Assembly (NCBI RefSeq): GCF_964213995.1
Contig: NC_135808.1
Location: 21,266,001 to 21,330,000 of the forward strand
DNA length: 64,000 bases
Origin: Mustelus asterias
Lineage: Eukaryota
Direction of reading: 5' to 3'
The notes below the pieces were generated by a model, which did no database searches, was not told the origin of the DNA, and worked only from the letters and a program-made list of their open reading frames with translations. Shown here piece by piece: positions 50,772 to 63,835 of this stretch. Position 1 is the first letter of the stretch. Each line of letters opens with the position of its first letter. The position numbers and the translations under genes are program-made.

Positions 50772-52099
50772 TGAGGGCATCTTTCAGCGTCAAGAGGTGT
50801 CCGTTGTGATCCTCCTCATCCGAGCAGATCAACAAGTTCCATCCCACCATCAGACTCACCGTGGACTATTCTCCGGAATCAGTTGCATTCTTGGACACAC
50901 GCATCTCCATTAAGGACGGTCACCTCAGCACCTCACTGTACCGCAAGCCCACGGATAACCTCATGATGCTCCACTTCCCCAGCTTCCACCCTAAACAGTT
51001 AAAGAAGCCATCTGCTGCGGACAAGCCCTCCGTATACACAGGATCTGCTCGGATGAGGAGGATCACAACAGACACCTCCAGGCGCTGAAAGATGGCCTCA
51101 TAGGAACAGGATATGGCGCTCGACTCATCAGTACTTCCCCAGAGCAGAGAAGAGCAGAGAAGCTATGGCATCTCCTCCGGAGCCTTCAACATGTCATTGA
51201 TGAAGACGAACATCTCGCCAAGGCCATCCCCACACCCCCACTTCTTTCCTTCAAACAACCGCACAACCTCAAACAGACCATTGTCCGCAGCATACTACCC
51301 AGCCTTCAGGAGTACAGTGACCACGACACCACACAACCCACCCACAGCAACCTCTGCAAGATGTGCCAGATCATCGACACAGATGCCATTATCTCACGTG
51401 AGAACACCATCCACCAGGTACACGGTACATACTCTCGCAACTCGACCAACGTTGTCTACCTGATACGCTGCAGGAAAGGATGTCCCAAGGCATGGTACAT
51501 TGGGGAAACAATGCAGACGCTATGACAACGGATGAATGAACACCGCTCGACAATCACCAGGCAAGAGTGTTCTCTTCCTGTTGGGGAACACTTCAGCGGT
51601 CACGGCCATTCGGCCTCTCATCTTCGCATAAGCGTTCTCCAAGGCGGCCTTCGCGACACACGACAACGCAGAGTCGCTGAGCAGAAACTGATAGCCAAGT
51701 TCTGCACACATGAGAATGGCCTCAACCTTGATCTTGGGTTCATGTCACACTATCTGTAACCCCCACAGCTTGCCTGGACTTGCAGAATCTCACTGGCTGT
51801 CCTGTCTGGAGACAATACACATCTCTTTAACCTGTGCCGAATGCTCTCTCCACTCACATTGTTTGTACCTCTCAGACTTGATTATCTGTAAAGACTGCAT
51901 TCCAATCATTATTCTGTAAATTGAGTTTGTGTCTCTGTATGCCCTGTTTGTGAGCATTTCTCCACTCCACCTGACGAAGGGGCAGAGCTCCGAAAGCTAG
52001 TGGCATTTGCTACCAAATAAACCTGTTGGACTTTAACCTGGTGTTGTTAAACTTCTTACTGTGTTTACCCCAGTCCAACGCCAGCATCTCCACATCATC
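50772..52099 (+). mobile_element. Penelope-like element: RT thumb, GIY-YIG endonuclease, 3' repeat and an inverted 5' piece
   Basis: FLDTRISIKDGHLSTSLYRKPTD; NVVYLIRCRKGCPKAWYIGET..L*QRMNEH; 50772-50830 is the reverse complement of ~51042-51099. Confidence 0.9.
51967..52003 (+). ncRNA. Minimal type I hammerhead ribozyme motif in the Penelope 3' repeat
   Basis: CCAC-CUGACGA-A-GGGGC-AGA-GCUCC-GAA-AGCU-A-GUGG. Confidence 0.7.
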
Positions 52100-52149
52100 A
52101 AAAATGGCCCCAGTCAACTGAGGTTTGACATTTGCCTCGTGTATTTTTG

Positions 52150-53050
52150 GATCCATTCTGTATTATTTGGTGTTTGTGCTCTTGTCACCACACAGCCTGG
52201 ATGCTCTTGTTGTATAACATCCATTGATTGCATTTCAGTTGGTCTTTCTACCGCTCTACGTGCGGTCAATATTTGAGATCAAAAATGATTTGAACTCCTG
52301 GAATGGGCAATTTCTCTGTCACACCAATATTTGCCTCCCCAATTTTCAAATTAAGTTTCAAATTGAATCTGTTGAGTAACTGAACATTCCCCTGCAATAA
52401 CTCTTCTGGACAACAGATGGCACTGTCCTATAACATCTGTGATTGACTGCCAACCCTACCTCTCAAAATGTCGACAGATTGTTTCTTTTCCTGAAAAACA
52501 AGAGTTATACAAATTCCCCTCAGATATGAAAGTTTTCAACATCTATGTAGCCTGTCCGCCGAATTTTCCGGAGTAGATTAATCTCTTTATCCATCTCTCT
52601 AGCTAATTCGAATTGTTCCCTCTGTACCTGTATGAATGTATGAATACTCTTTGTTTGTCCCTCACTTGAGACATAGAGTCCAAAGCACATTTATTTAATT
52701 AACTCTTGAGTTTTTTTCATGTGCGATCTGTGTCCCGTTTAACTTCCAGTAATTCAATAATCTTGTTGCAATGATAACATATCACGGTCTTCCCTCTACC
52801 TTTGCTTTAGAACATTTCACTGCAACCGGGCTCCTATTTAACTTCAAACAATTCACAGCTCCTATGTCAAACTTGTTGCAATGACAGCATTTTACCTTTT
52901 TCCGTTCACCTTTGCTTTAGAATTTTTCAGTGCAATCAGGATCCCATTTTACTTCCAGCAATTCGACCTCATATATGCAAACTTGTTGCAATTATAACAT
53001 ATTACTTTTGTTTTCTTTCACTTTTGCATTAAACATTTTCTTCTTTAGTC
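52150..53050 (-). mobile_element. Decayed Gypsy/Gmr1-like gag-protease with three tandem zinc-knuckle units
   Basis: VICYNCNKF..SNCWK / VKCCHCNKF..VNCLK / VICYHCNK; downstream GEANIGVTEKLPIPGVQIIF. Confidence 0.6.
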
Positions 53051-53984
53051 GAGTCTGCCCCTTATAACGAGCACTTTTCTCATCACTAGGTCGCTTTCAT
53101 CTTCACTGTATTTAATTGTTCCAATGTGATCTTTCTGTGGCACTCTGCTGCTTTGTACCTCATGGAATCAAAAAAATTTGTTGCATTCACCATACCTGCC
53201 CTGTGTTATACTGAGTTCCACATTCAACCATTCCCTGATTAAATATATTTCTCCTGATTTCTGTTTTGGGCTCATTAGCGATTGTACTGATTGTCTTTCA
53301 TTTTAGAGACCCCACGAACTGGAACATCTTCTCTATGTCGTCTATAACACAATCGAATTTACGGCCTCAGACTTCCCTTTACGAAAGAAAAGATGCCCAA
53401 CCGGTCCCTTCCTCCCAGCTAGTCATAATCAGACATATGCTGATATAGTCTTTGTAAAATATGTTCCACCATCTTGAATTCCTCAACATCGTTTTGTACT
53501 ATGGAGATCAACACGATAGGTATAATATTAACAATGTTCTGTAAAAAGTATAATTTGACCTCTGATATTCGATATTATTCGAATCCTCTGGATATTAATG
53601 ACTCTCCATAATTTGCAACTGTAATGACCTTGTTATTTTTTACTCAGTGTCTCCAATGCAGAGGACACCAAGTTGTGAGCAGTGAAAGCAGTGACTGAAT
53701 TGGAAGACCTACCAGTAAACCGCTGCTTCAGGAAGGATTGCTTGGGACTGCAGACAATGGGAAGGAAAGTGCGAAAGGGCAGGTTTGTACTTGGTAGGCT
53801 TGTATAGGATGCTTTCGGGGAATGAACAGTGGATGTTAAATAAGATGGAAGATAAGGACATGTGATTCAAATGACAGTGCACTGAAAGCACTTACCTTTC
53901 CCGAAAAGCTATTTTCACCCTCACTTTAGCTGTTACATTGCGCTATCTCTGTGAGACAGGTGAAATTCAGCGGATGCCAGTTGG

Positions 53985-54530
53985 TTTGATTTGATCTGAT
54001 TTGATTTATTCTTGTCACATGTATTAGTATACAGTGAAAAGTATTGTCTCTTACGCGCGAGACAAACAAAGCATGCCGTTTATAGAGAAGGAAACGGAAG
54101 AGTGCAGAATGTAGTCTTCTAGTCATAGCTAGCGTTCAGAGGAATATCATCTTAATATAAGGTAGGTCCATTCAACTGTCTGATAGCAGCAGGGAAGAAG
54201 CTGTTCTTGAGCTGGTTAGTACTTTTGCATCGTTTTCACGATTGAAAAAGGTGGAAGAGAGTATGTCCGGGTTACGTGGGGTCCTTAATTATGCTGGCTG
54301 CTTTTCCAAGGCAGTGGGAAACGTAGACGGAGTTAATGGATGGGAGGCTGGTTTGGGTGATGGACTGGGCTTCGTTCATGACCTTTCTAGTTTCCTGCTG
54401 TTTTGGAACGAGCAGCAGCCATGCCAATCGGCGATCCAACCAGAAAGGATGCTCCCTATGGTGCATTTGTAAAACTTGGTGAGGGTGGAAGCGGGCATGC
54501 CGAATTTCCTTAGCCTCCTGAGTCTAATTG
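53985..54530 (-). mobile_element. Rex1/L2-group LINE 3' fragment
   Basis: LRRLRKFGMPASTLTKFYKCTIGSILSGWIADWHG; (TCAAA)n tail on the minus strand. Confidence 0.75.
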
Positions 54531-54700
54531 CCTTCTTAGTGTGGGTCAGGGGTTCAGCTCTCATTGTCTGTCTCTGCTCAACTCGAAAGTAGATCGGTTT
54601 AAGTTGGACATGGGCTGTTAAGGCTATTTTGTAAAATATTAGCTGACTTCAATCCAGCGATAGCAGAGAATGTTTGATCAATAAGTTCTTTGTCTTATAG

Positions 54701-56423
54701 TTAATTTACCGGCAATTGTGATCCTGAATCAAGGAAAATGTAGCCTCTCCGCTTGCACGACTTGCTACCTGGTGGGCATAGAACATGGAACATAGAAAAG
54801 CTACAGCACAAACAGGCCCTTCGGCCCACAAGTTGTGCCGAACAATTTCCTTACCTTCTCGGTTCATCTATAACCCTCGATCTTACTAACCTCCATGAAC
54901 CTATCCAAAAGTCTCTTAAAAGACTCTATCGAATCCGCTTCCACCACTACTACCGGCAGCCGATTCCATGCACCCACCACCCTCTGAGTGAAAAACGTAC
55001 CCCTAACATATCCTCTATACCTGCTCCCCAGCACCCTAAACCCGTGGCCTCTCGTGACAACCATTTCAGCCCTGGGTAAAAGCCTCTGAGAATCCACTTT
55101 CTCAATACCTCTCAACATCTTGTGCACCTCTATCAGATCACCTCTCATCCTTCGCCTCTCCAAGGAGAATAGACCTAGCTCTCTCAACCTATCCTCATAA
55201 GGCAGACCACTTAATCCCGGCAACAGCCTCGTAAATCTCCACTGAACCCGTTCTATGGCTTCCACATCCTTTCTGTAATGAGGCGACCAGAACTGGGCAC
55301 AGTACTCTAGGTAGGGTCTGACCAGGGTCCTATACAGCTGCAGCATTATCTCCCGATTTCTAAACTCAATTCCTCTATTGATGAAGGCCAGTATTTCATA
55401 CGCCTTCTTAACCACAGTCTCTACCTGCGACGCCGCTTTGAGCGTCCTATGAACCCGGACCCCAAGATCCCTCTGTTCTTCCACACTGCCAAGCGTCTTA
55501 CCCTTAATATTATATTCTTCCATCCTGCCAAAGTGAACCACCACACACTTATCTGGGTTGAAGTCCATCTGCCACTTCTCCGCGCAGTCTTGCATGGCAG
55601 CAGCTGATTTACTGGGCATTATTGTCGATGTCATACTCTCCCGAATCAGTTTTTATTCTTTCCCGGAATCGTTTCTGGAAATTACCCCAGTGTGTAGTGT
55701 TCACACTGTCCTGCTTTTTGCAGCAACGGACTGCTCTGTGTGGTTCACTGTCACTTTCTCTTTTGATCGGTTTTTGTCCTTACCTTGCCAGAAGTTGGAA
55801 ATGAAATATTGCACCAAGAAAACTGCAGCTGCGATAGCAACAAGTGACTTTTTTCTCTATTCAACACCGTCCCCCTTTACTTGCGATTTGAACGTAGAGA
55901 AGTAGTTCATAATGTCTCCTGGTTCTGTAATGAAAAGTTAAGCTTTTATACAGATCCAGGATGGGTGGCATTTAACTGGTTTGTAACTATTTAAACCCCA
56001 CTGATCCCATATGCAGTAATTCTGTTGCTCAGCATTCTGACAGTCAGATACATTTTAGTAAATAGTCAAGTCCGTCAAAGACTGAGGGCTCAGAGCAAAA
56101 GAGATGATCGTAGAGACCCAGAGATGGAGAGCAGAAGGAAGTCTGTATTTTAAATTTCACCATATCTGGCAGCTTCATAATTCTGTGGATTTTACATGTT
56201 ATACACTTCATATATTATAACGTTGCAGGAAAGGAATCCCAGGTATCATGAAAATTCTTCATACAGCTTTGATGAAGTCAGTGTATTGCTGTTGGAATTG
56301 AGCTGCTGCACAAACACATTTATTTACAGGCTGACTCAGTCCAAGTTCAGACAGGAGCTCACAATCATGGTGAAGTATTCAATTACACCATTACTTCAAT
56401 TAATTAATAAATTAACAACTTAG
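54701..56423 (+). pseudogene. GPR139-like exon 2 pseudogene (more divergent subfamily) interrupted by a CR1
   Basis: Acceptor AG at 54699-54700; NLPAIVILNQGKCSLS..YLVG | MAAADLL..TDCSVWFTVTFSFDRF..SCCTNTFIY; stops and frameshifts; exon 1 not identified. Confidence 0.88.
54780..55591 (-). mobile_element. CR1 LINE inserted in the GPR139-like exon
   Basis: WQMDFNPDKCVVVHFG..RPYLEYCAQFWSP; GCAT on both flanks (54776-54779 and 55592-55595). Confidence 0.92.
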
Positions 56424-56663
56424 AAAAGAGCTAATGAATGAAGGAAGGCAAGCATAGACAGGTTCTAGTGTTTCTAATCCATGAATTACTGTTTTATCTT
56501 CATATTTCCTTCAGTTGAATGACACCAGAAACAGGCAGAGATAGAGAAAAGATAGATGTAAAGAAATCTGAACATGGTACCAGAAGATGAAGTTAGAAGA
56601 GTTATTCCCATGGACTCAGAGAAAATATCATTAATTTTTAACACAAAAATTTTAAAAAGGTTG

Positions 56664-57378
56664 TGTTAAGGTCCCAGACTAGAACTCCAAGGTATATCAT
56701 GAAATCAGATGAGAGGCCAACATTTTTTGTCATAAGTGTGAGGATAGGATGCGTCTCTCCAGGAGTAATTCCGCTGACAAATTAAAATGTTTTATCGTAA
56801 AACCAACTTTATTTGATAACACAGTTTTGATTATGACTAACAAAGGAAACAGCTTTATTATTACAAACTGAACAACAGTTAAAAATAAATGGAAACAACT
56901 CAAATTTCTAGCTTACAAGTGTTCCATTCTGAAAAAGCAACATTCTCTTATAGACTTACAAGTCCACTTGAAATAGAGCTAGCAACCATAAATATGCTTG
57001 CTATAAGGTGTGTTTGCAGGTTCAAAGATGTCAGAGAGAGAAAATGAGATTCAGAGCAGTTTGCAGATATCTGTCTTCAAACCAACTCCACATAGAACAT
57101 AAAAGATATTTCTTTTTTCCTGTTACCGACATAGCTACTCCTATTAACAATATCATCACATGAACCTGTATGCCTAAACCCACATTCCATTGCTTTAATC
57201 AAGACCATAAGGGAAAATTTCATCTCTCTAAATGCACACTACTATTGGTTAAAATAGATAATTATCCTCTTCTCCCAGCAACTCCCTGAGCTGCATGCCC
57301 CAGACAAACGGGTTACATAATAGGAATTGCCTGCTATCATTCAGATACAAGTTAGAGTGTAGTCCTCTTCACAACAAC
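56664..57378. mobile_element. Putative solo LTR
   Basis: TGTTAAG start and a possible ACAACA end; 5' part resembles 1323 onward. Confidence 0.4.
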
Positions 57379-59059
57379 GTGACTCCATCGATATCGTGTA
57401 TCTACAATCAAAAAACAATGAGACAATGTCAATTATTGTACAATTGGCTCGAAAAGTGGAAAATGCAGGCAGTGATAATGAAAACCACAAACAAATTGAA
57501 AAGCTGCAGGGTCCGAGTCATATTTTCTCACAGAAGGCCAGCCTATGACGAACAGAACAAATGGCCAACATGAACATTAACTAGTCCCCATTTTCCTGGG
57601 ACAGGTTCAGCCATGAATTCACGGAATTAAAAAAATGACATACAATGATGATCAGTCGCCTTTTCACCAAACATGGAAGGTTAGTAGGGGTGCCCTCATT
57701 AGCAGAAAAGAAACACATCTCTCTTTAACAATAACCATACGGTCCCTATATTTATTGTAAATATACGGGGACAAGAAATTTGACGAAGAGAGTGAATTTC
57801 ACTCGGGGATTAAGATAACATTGCTTCAATATGAGATTGGTTTTCGCTATCTCCATCACAATTATAACTTAATCTTGCATAAGGCTATGTTTTTCTGACT
57901 TTTCTTAGATTTTTATGATGTATTGATTGACGTTTACCACTTAGAAATTGGACTCGATGTTGAGTTCCTCAATACAATGCTGTACACTTTAAACTGCCCA
58001 CTTTCTCTCATTTTCTGTCAATAATGAAGAACGCAACTCTACTCTCCCTTCAATGCTGGAGCACATTACAGAGGAGCTCTCACCGAAACACTGACAACAT
58101 CCTAGAAAATTACAAGCTGGTTATTAGTTATTGATTTGAAAAAGGCTACCCTGGGGAAGGTAATAATCTCGACTGGCCTTAGTTTGCCATTCAGGGGGAG
58201 ACTTCGCAATTCTGCACAATTATTTGAGCATCAATGAGAGCTGAATTTCTCTGCCTGAGGGTTGAAAGTGTTTCACTTGGAGTTATTCCCAATTAACTCC
58301 AAACGGGGCTCGGGATGCACTGTACGGCAAGTTGTGTAATCACTCCTGTGACACAGAGGGGAAACATTTGTGTAGCGGACATGGTTCTGTTTTTGGACTG
58401 GCGTTCTAACATTTGCTTTCAGGGCAGTACCAGCAATTTGTAGCATTTTGCTTGTGCTCTGCTGTGAAAAGTTAGTTCAGCCATTTAACGGAGAAAGACA
58501 TCTGCAACTTCCAGAGTCACTGCCTTCTCGGTAGGTAGGCAGGCAGAGCTGAATTGGTAGAGGCTTATATTTTGTGTAGATACTACAGAAGAATATCAGG
58601 CGATACAAATCGAATATTTTGAGCTCGCCTTATACTCCTCACGAGATACTTCTCATTTACTCAGTCCCATCTCACGTTTTTAGCGTATGTTTTAATTTAA
58701 TTTTCTCTCATGAACTTGCCTTCTTTCTCATAAAAATATGTATTTACTCATTCAAAGGATGTGGACGTTGCCCACACCAGCATTTATTGCCCATCCCTAA
58801 CTTCCTTTGAGAAGGTGGTGGCGAGCTGCCTTGGGCCATACCATGTCGAAGCAGAAGAAGGCCATTCGGTCCATCGTGTCTGCTCTATCATTCAGTGAGA
58901 TCATTACTGATCTGATGTGATATACTCACCTCCACTTTCTCACCCTTATCCTATAACCGTTGATTCCATAATTAATTAAAACTCTGTCTGGAGCTTACTT
59001 AATGACGCAACCTTTACAGCCCTCTGTATACATATTTGCTGCCCCCAAATTCCTCCTCT

Positions 59060-59748
59060 GGGTTCACGGTAAACACTCATGAAACTCAACCAATGTTGTC
59101 TAACTCATATGCTGCAAGAAAGGATGTCCCAAGGTGTGATACATCAGCGAGACCATACAGATGCTAGCAGATGAAGGACACTGTGCAACAAACACCAGAG
59201 GGTGTGTTTCCTTCCAATCGGGGAACGTTTCAGCAGTCACGGGCATTCAGCCTCCGATCTTCGATAAGCATTTTCCAAGGCGGCCTTCAAGACAGACGAC
59301 AACAAAGAATAACCGAGCAGAAACTGATAGCCAAGTTCCAAATATGGCAGGATGACGGCAACCAAGATTTTGGGTTCATGTCACACTACAAGTAACCCCC
59401 ACCATTCAACCCAGGCTTGCAAACTCCTAATAACTGTCCTGGCTTGAGACAATTCACACCTCTTAACCTATAATTATCCCTCTCTCCACTCGCACTGTCT
59501 GCATATTGAAAGACTTGATTACCTATAAAGACGACATTCCAACCATTCTTCACATTCCAATCTGTAATTATCTTGCAATTGTATCTTTGCCTATATATAT
59601 TGTGTATGTGAACCTACCTCCCCATCACCAGATGAAGGCGCAGCGCTCTGAACGCTCGTGATACCGAATAAACCAGTTGGACTTTAACCTGGTGTTGTGA
59701 GACTTCTCACTGTGCTTACACCAGTCCAACGCTGGCATCTCCACATCT
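59060..59748 (+). mobile_element. Older Penelope-like fragment (GIY-YIG and 3' repeat with a decayed hammerhead)
   Basis: NVV*LICCKKGCPKV*YISET; QGGLQDRRQQRITEQKLIAKF..DFGFMSHY. Confidence 0.85.
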
Positions 59749-60184
59749 TCATTATTTTAATCAATTTTCTCTTTTAGATATGTATTAATCTTATCACAAA
59801 CTCCAGTGCTGTTCTAAATCTTTGGAAAATAGACCTTGACTACCTACAGCTGAGCGCCCAGGTTCACACCATCAGCTCACAGGCCACAAGGCTGTAAAAG
59901 AGGAATACATTTGGCCACAGGGGTGGGTGTTTCTGTTTGCCCTTGGAGCCTGGAATACATTTCAAACATTGTCAAATAAATGCGCTGCCACTAAGTTTCG
60001 GATTGGAAAGAGTTAACTGAACGTGTTTGTTTAGTGCCTATGATTAATATTATTCTCCGTGGAACCTGAGTCTCTGGAGGTCTCGCCCTTCTATTCATAA
60101 AGGCCTGCTGCCGATGTGTTTTATCTCTTCGTGTCAGGCGGAGCTTCACCTCCAACAGTAACCAGGATCAGTGGCTCCACAGGA

Positions 60185-63100
60185 ATGGACCAGTGGAAGA
60201 TAACCTTCTTCATCCTTAAGTTAGAACAGATTTTCTATCCTCTCCTTGCTGCCATTGGCATTCCTGGTAAGTCCCAATATCTAGCTATTAATCCTATAAT
60301 CCATCTTCCACTGCATTAATCTTCTCATCCTGTTTATCAGTAGGTTCAGCTCTGAGGTGGATTCAGTGAAATTCTTGCGTTCTGCTCTTGATGTTATCAT
60401 TTGATTTGTTTTTGTTATTACACAATATTCGCTTCGTTCTGAACTTAAAGAATGGCGCATCCTTCACTTTCAACATATCCCTCACCTACTGTCTGCTTCT
60501 TAATATTAAAAGATTATCCGCATCTCTCGTACAGATATGAAATCCGAAATCAGATTCTGCTAGAACATAAATAAATGTTGACATGGTTTGTGCTGATGGC
60601 TCAGAATCCACCTCCCGCAGTCCAGCTCACAATCTGACATCTCTGCTTTCAGATGTTTCACTTTCTGCAGCTATTTTGAATATGCTGGAAGAAAAGATCA
60701 GCAGGACTGGTAGCATTTGTGGAGAGATAAAATAGAGTTAACTTTTTATGTTGGTTTGACCTCCCTTCTGAGATCGAGTGATGTGGACTTGAAACAGTAA
60801 CTCTGTTCTCTTTCTGCACAGATGCTGCCAGACCTGCTGAGATTATACAGATTTCAGCATCCGCAGTGATTTTTTTAATCATTTCTGGATGCTTTTTTGA
60901 TTGAAGAAGGATTGAAATGTCTGCAAAAAGTAAGTTGATGGTTAGCACTGATTTCCAAAGGACTCCTGTCCAATCATTGTTTAGATATTATTGAATTATC
61001 TGTTGCTTGCTATCTGTGGGCGAATATCTCAGTAAACCTCATGGAGAAATTTCCATCAGGTTGCTCTGCCCTTTACTGTAAATAGTTCATGTCAACTTTC
61101 ATATTTGCTGCAACACTCAATTACTTTCACCAGAACAAGGAAAGGGTCAGATCTGCAGCAACTTTTATCTGGCCTTCACAAACTGTTGATCTTCGTGTGC
61201 TATTGCAATCCAAATGTGAAATTCATTTTAATGATTGCTTTCATTCAACGATAGTCGCTACCTCCAGCACTTGTACAGTTCACTGTGTGTTTCGGGTTGG
61301 CATGCTTCCATCAGTGAGGGATGATGCAAATGCAGCATCTGAACATTGACGAGGGTCACATCAGATCGCTTGCTGCGCCTTTTCTGATGGTGAGCATGTT
61401 GATTCCAGAAAGGCAAAGTCTGCCTCAGTTGCCACCCATGAGGTTGCCTCTCGCCATTGTTGCGGGTGATCTTCTACAAGAACATGACTTCATGGTGGTA
61501 AAACACTGCTCATCGCTGATGTTATCATTTCCATCGATCGCCAGCCAGGAATTTTCACTAGTCGTTATTCATGTTAAGGGTTTTCAGGTCTTCTTGTCAG
61601 CATCCCTGAATATGAGAGTTGGCCGCCCTCTATTGTCTAGGCATGGGATACCGCCCGGATCGTAGGTCCTCAGTAATGCGGTCATTGTCCGTCCATTGCA
61701 AGCAGGAATGTCAATGGGCCTCATTTGCTTGAATGTCGCTAGCATTTCCGAGAAAGGGCAGCGTTACTGATCAATTTGACTCCCCGCCCACCCACCCCAT
61801 GTGAAACCAGTGTCGTAGACAAATGCCTTTATTCTTGGTAGGTGCAAGTTGCCGAGACTCATTGTCAAACAGCAATGTCCTGAGGACACAACCTATCCTT
61901 TTGAGTCCCTTGGTGCTACAAGTTGATCTGGTAATTATTCATGTCGACTGTGTAATTTAGTCAAAAAGTTGCCTTCTGCCTTTTCAATGCATGAACTGAG
62001 CTCATTGTGCAGAGGCAGGGTACCTGTCGTCAAAGATGCCAAATGCCAGAATTTGCTGACCGTTTCCACTAGAGTACTCTTAAGTCACATTCACAGACTG
62101 AGATACAGCATCTTGGCCAAGGAATACTGTTTTCCTGACTGTATTTATGAAGGACAAGGTGCCCAGAGCATGGAATAGAATTCCCATGTGCACTTGGAGC
62201 AGATCGTCTGCACGTGCAGCAATTTCCTCAGCGTGAGCCGCATCCAGCAGTTCTGTAATCAGGACAGGTCACACTTTTGTTCAGCTTTTATTCTTGATAT
62301 GTTCAGGTTTTTCCCAATTGGTCCTGTGTGGATGTGTTCTCCTTTCACAAACGTAGGAAAACGTAAGTCAGTAGGAGCGTGAAACGGAACAGAATAGAAC
62401 CAATTCAACATACAGAGTCATAGAGGTTTACAGTATGGAAACAGGCCCTTCGGCCCAACTTGTCCATGCCGCTCCTTTTGTTAACCACTAAGCTGGTCCC
62501 AGTTCCCCGCGTTTAGCCCACATTCCCCTATATCCAACTTACCTATGTAATTGTCTAAATGCTTTTTAAAAGACAACATTGTACCCGCCTCTACTACTAC
62601 CACTGGCAGCTTGTTCCAGAAACTCACCACCCTCTGCGTGAACAAATTGCCCCTCTAGACCCTTTTGTATCTCCCCTCTCACAATAAATCTATGCCCTCT
62701 AGTTTTAGACTCCTCTCCGTTTGGACACATATATTGACTGTCTAGCTGATCTATGCCCCCTTATTATTTTACAGACCTCTATAAGATCATATAGACCTCT
62801 ATAAGATCAGTTGCTAACATATTACTAAAGAGAATATAAATATTTCCATATGTTAGGAAATACTCAGTGAAACTTGTGACTGTGCTCCCAACCTGATGGA
62901 AAATGTCCTTTTTATATCTCCTCCTCACAGTTAACGTAGTGACAATTGTGATCCTCTTCCGGGGGAGGTGTGGGCTGTCCAATTGTGTGACCCGCTACCT
63001 GGTGGCCATGGCAACAGCAAATCTACTGGTTCTTATAATTATTACCGATCTGATGATGAGGCACATTCCGTTTGTTGATCAGCAAGAATTACTTTTTGTG

Positions 63101-63835
63101 TACTCCATCCCAAATTGCAATATCCACGGTGCCCTGCTTTATGCAGCCACAGACTGTTCTGTCTGGTTTACCGTCACTTTCATCTTTGATCGATTTATGG
63201 CCATTTGTTGCCAGAAGCTGAGAAGGAAATATTGCACAAAGAAAACTGCAGCTGTGGCTCTGGGAACGGTGACTTTACTGAGCGGGTTGAAGGAGATCAC
63301 GTGGTACTTTATATTTTCAGATAGTTATCGGCTGTGGAATGGCCCTTGGTTTGGTTATGTGCCAAGAAACATTTTGGACTCACCAGTCTGGTCAACATTT
63401 ATGCTTCTCCACTACGTTATCACTCCAGTTGTCTCATTTGTTTTTATTCTGCTGCTCAATGTTTTCACTCTCAGATATGTTTTCTTGGCCAGTAGAGCCT
63501 GTAGGAGACTCCGGGGTCACCGCACTGGCGAGAGTCCCAGCATGCCACTGGTGGAGAGTCAAAGAAAATCTATTATTTTACTGTTTTTTGTTTCTGCAGA
63601 TTGCATCCTCTTATGGTCAATGTGTGCAGCATATTACACATGGCCTGGAACGTGGTTCAGAGGCTATAAATCTGGATTTTTGCCGACATTTATTGGCGAA
63701 ATAGCATTCATGCTGCAGCTCCTGAGTTGCTGTACAAAGCCTTCTATTTATGCTGTTACTCAAACTGAGTTCAGAGAGCAGTTGGTGAATGTGGTCAAAT
63801 ATCCATTTACTCAACTTGTTAAATTGATTAAATGA
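60185..63835 (+). CDS. GPR139/GPR142-like GPCR, 328 aa; join(60185..60266,62931..63835)
   Basis: Close paralog of 21463-24938 with the same exon sizes and GT-AG sites; ORF intact. Confidence 0.85.
61290..62340 (-). mobile_element. Decayed RTE-clade LINE in the intron
   Basis: Homologous to 22830-23860. Confidence 0.6.
62412..62810 (-). mobile_element. CR1 LINE 3' fragment specific to this intron
   Basis: Same subfamily as 8300-8550; absent from the paralogous intron near 23920. Confidence 0.8.
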
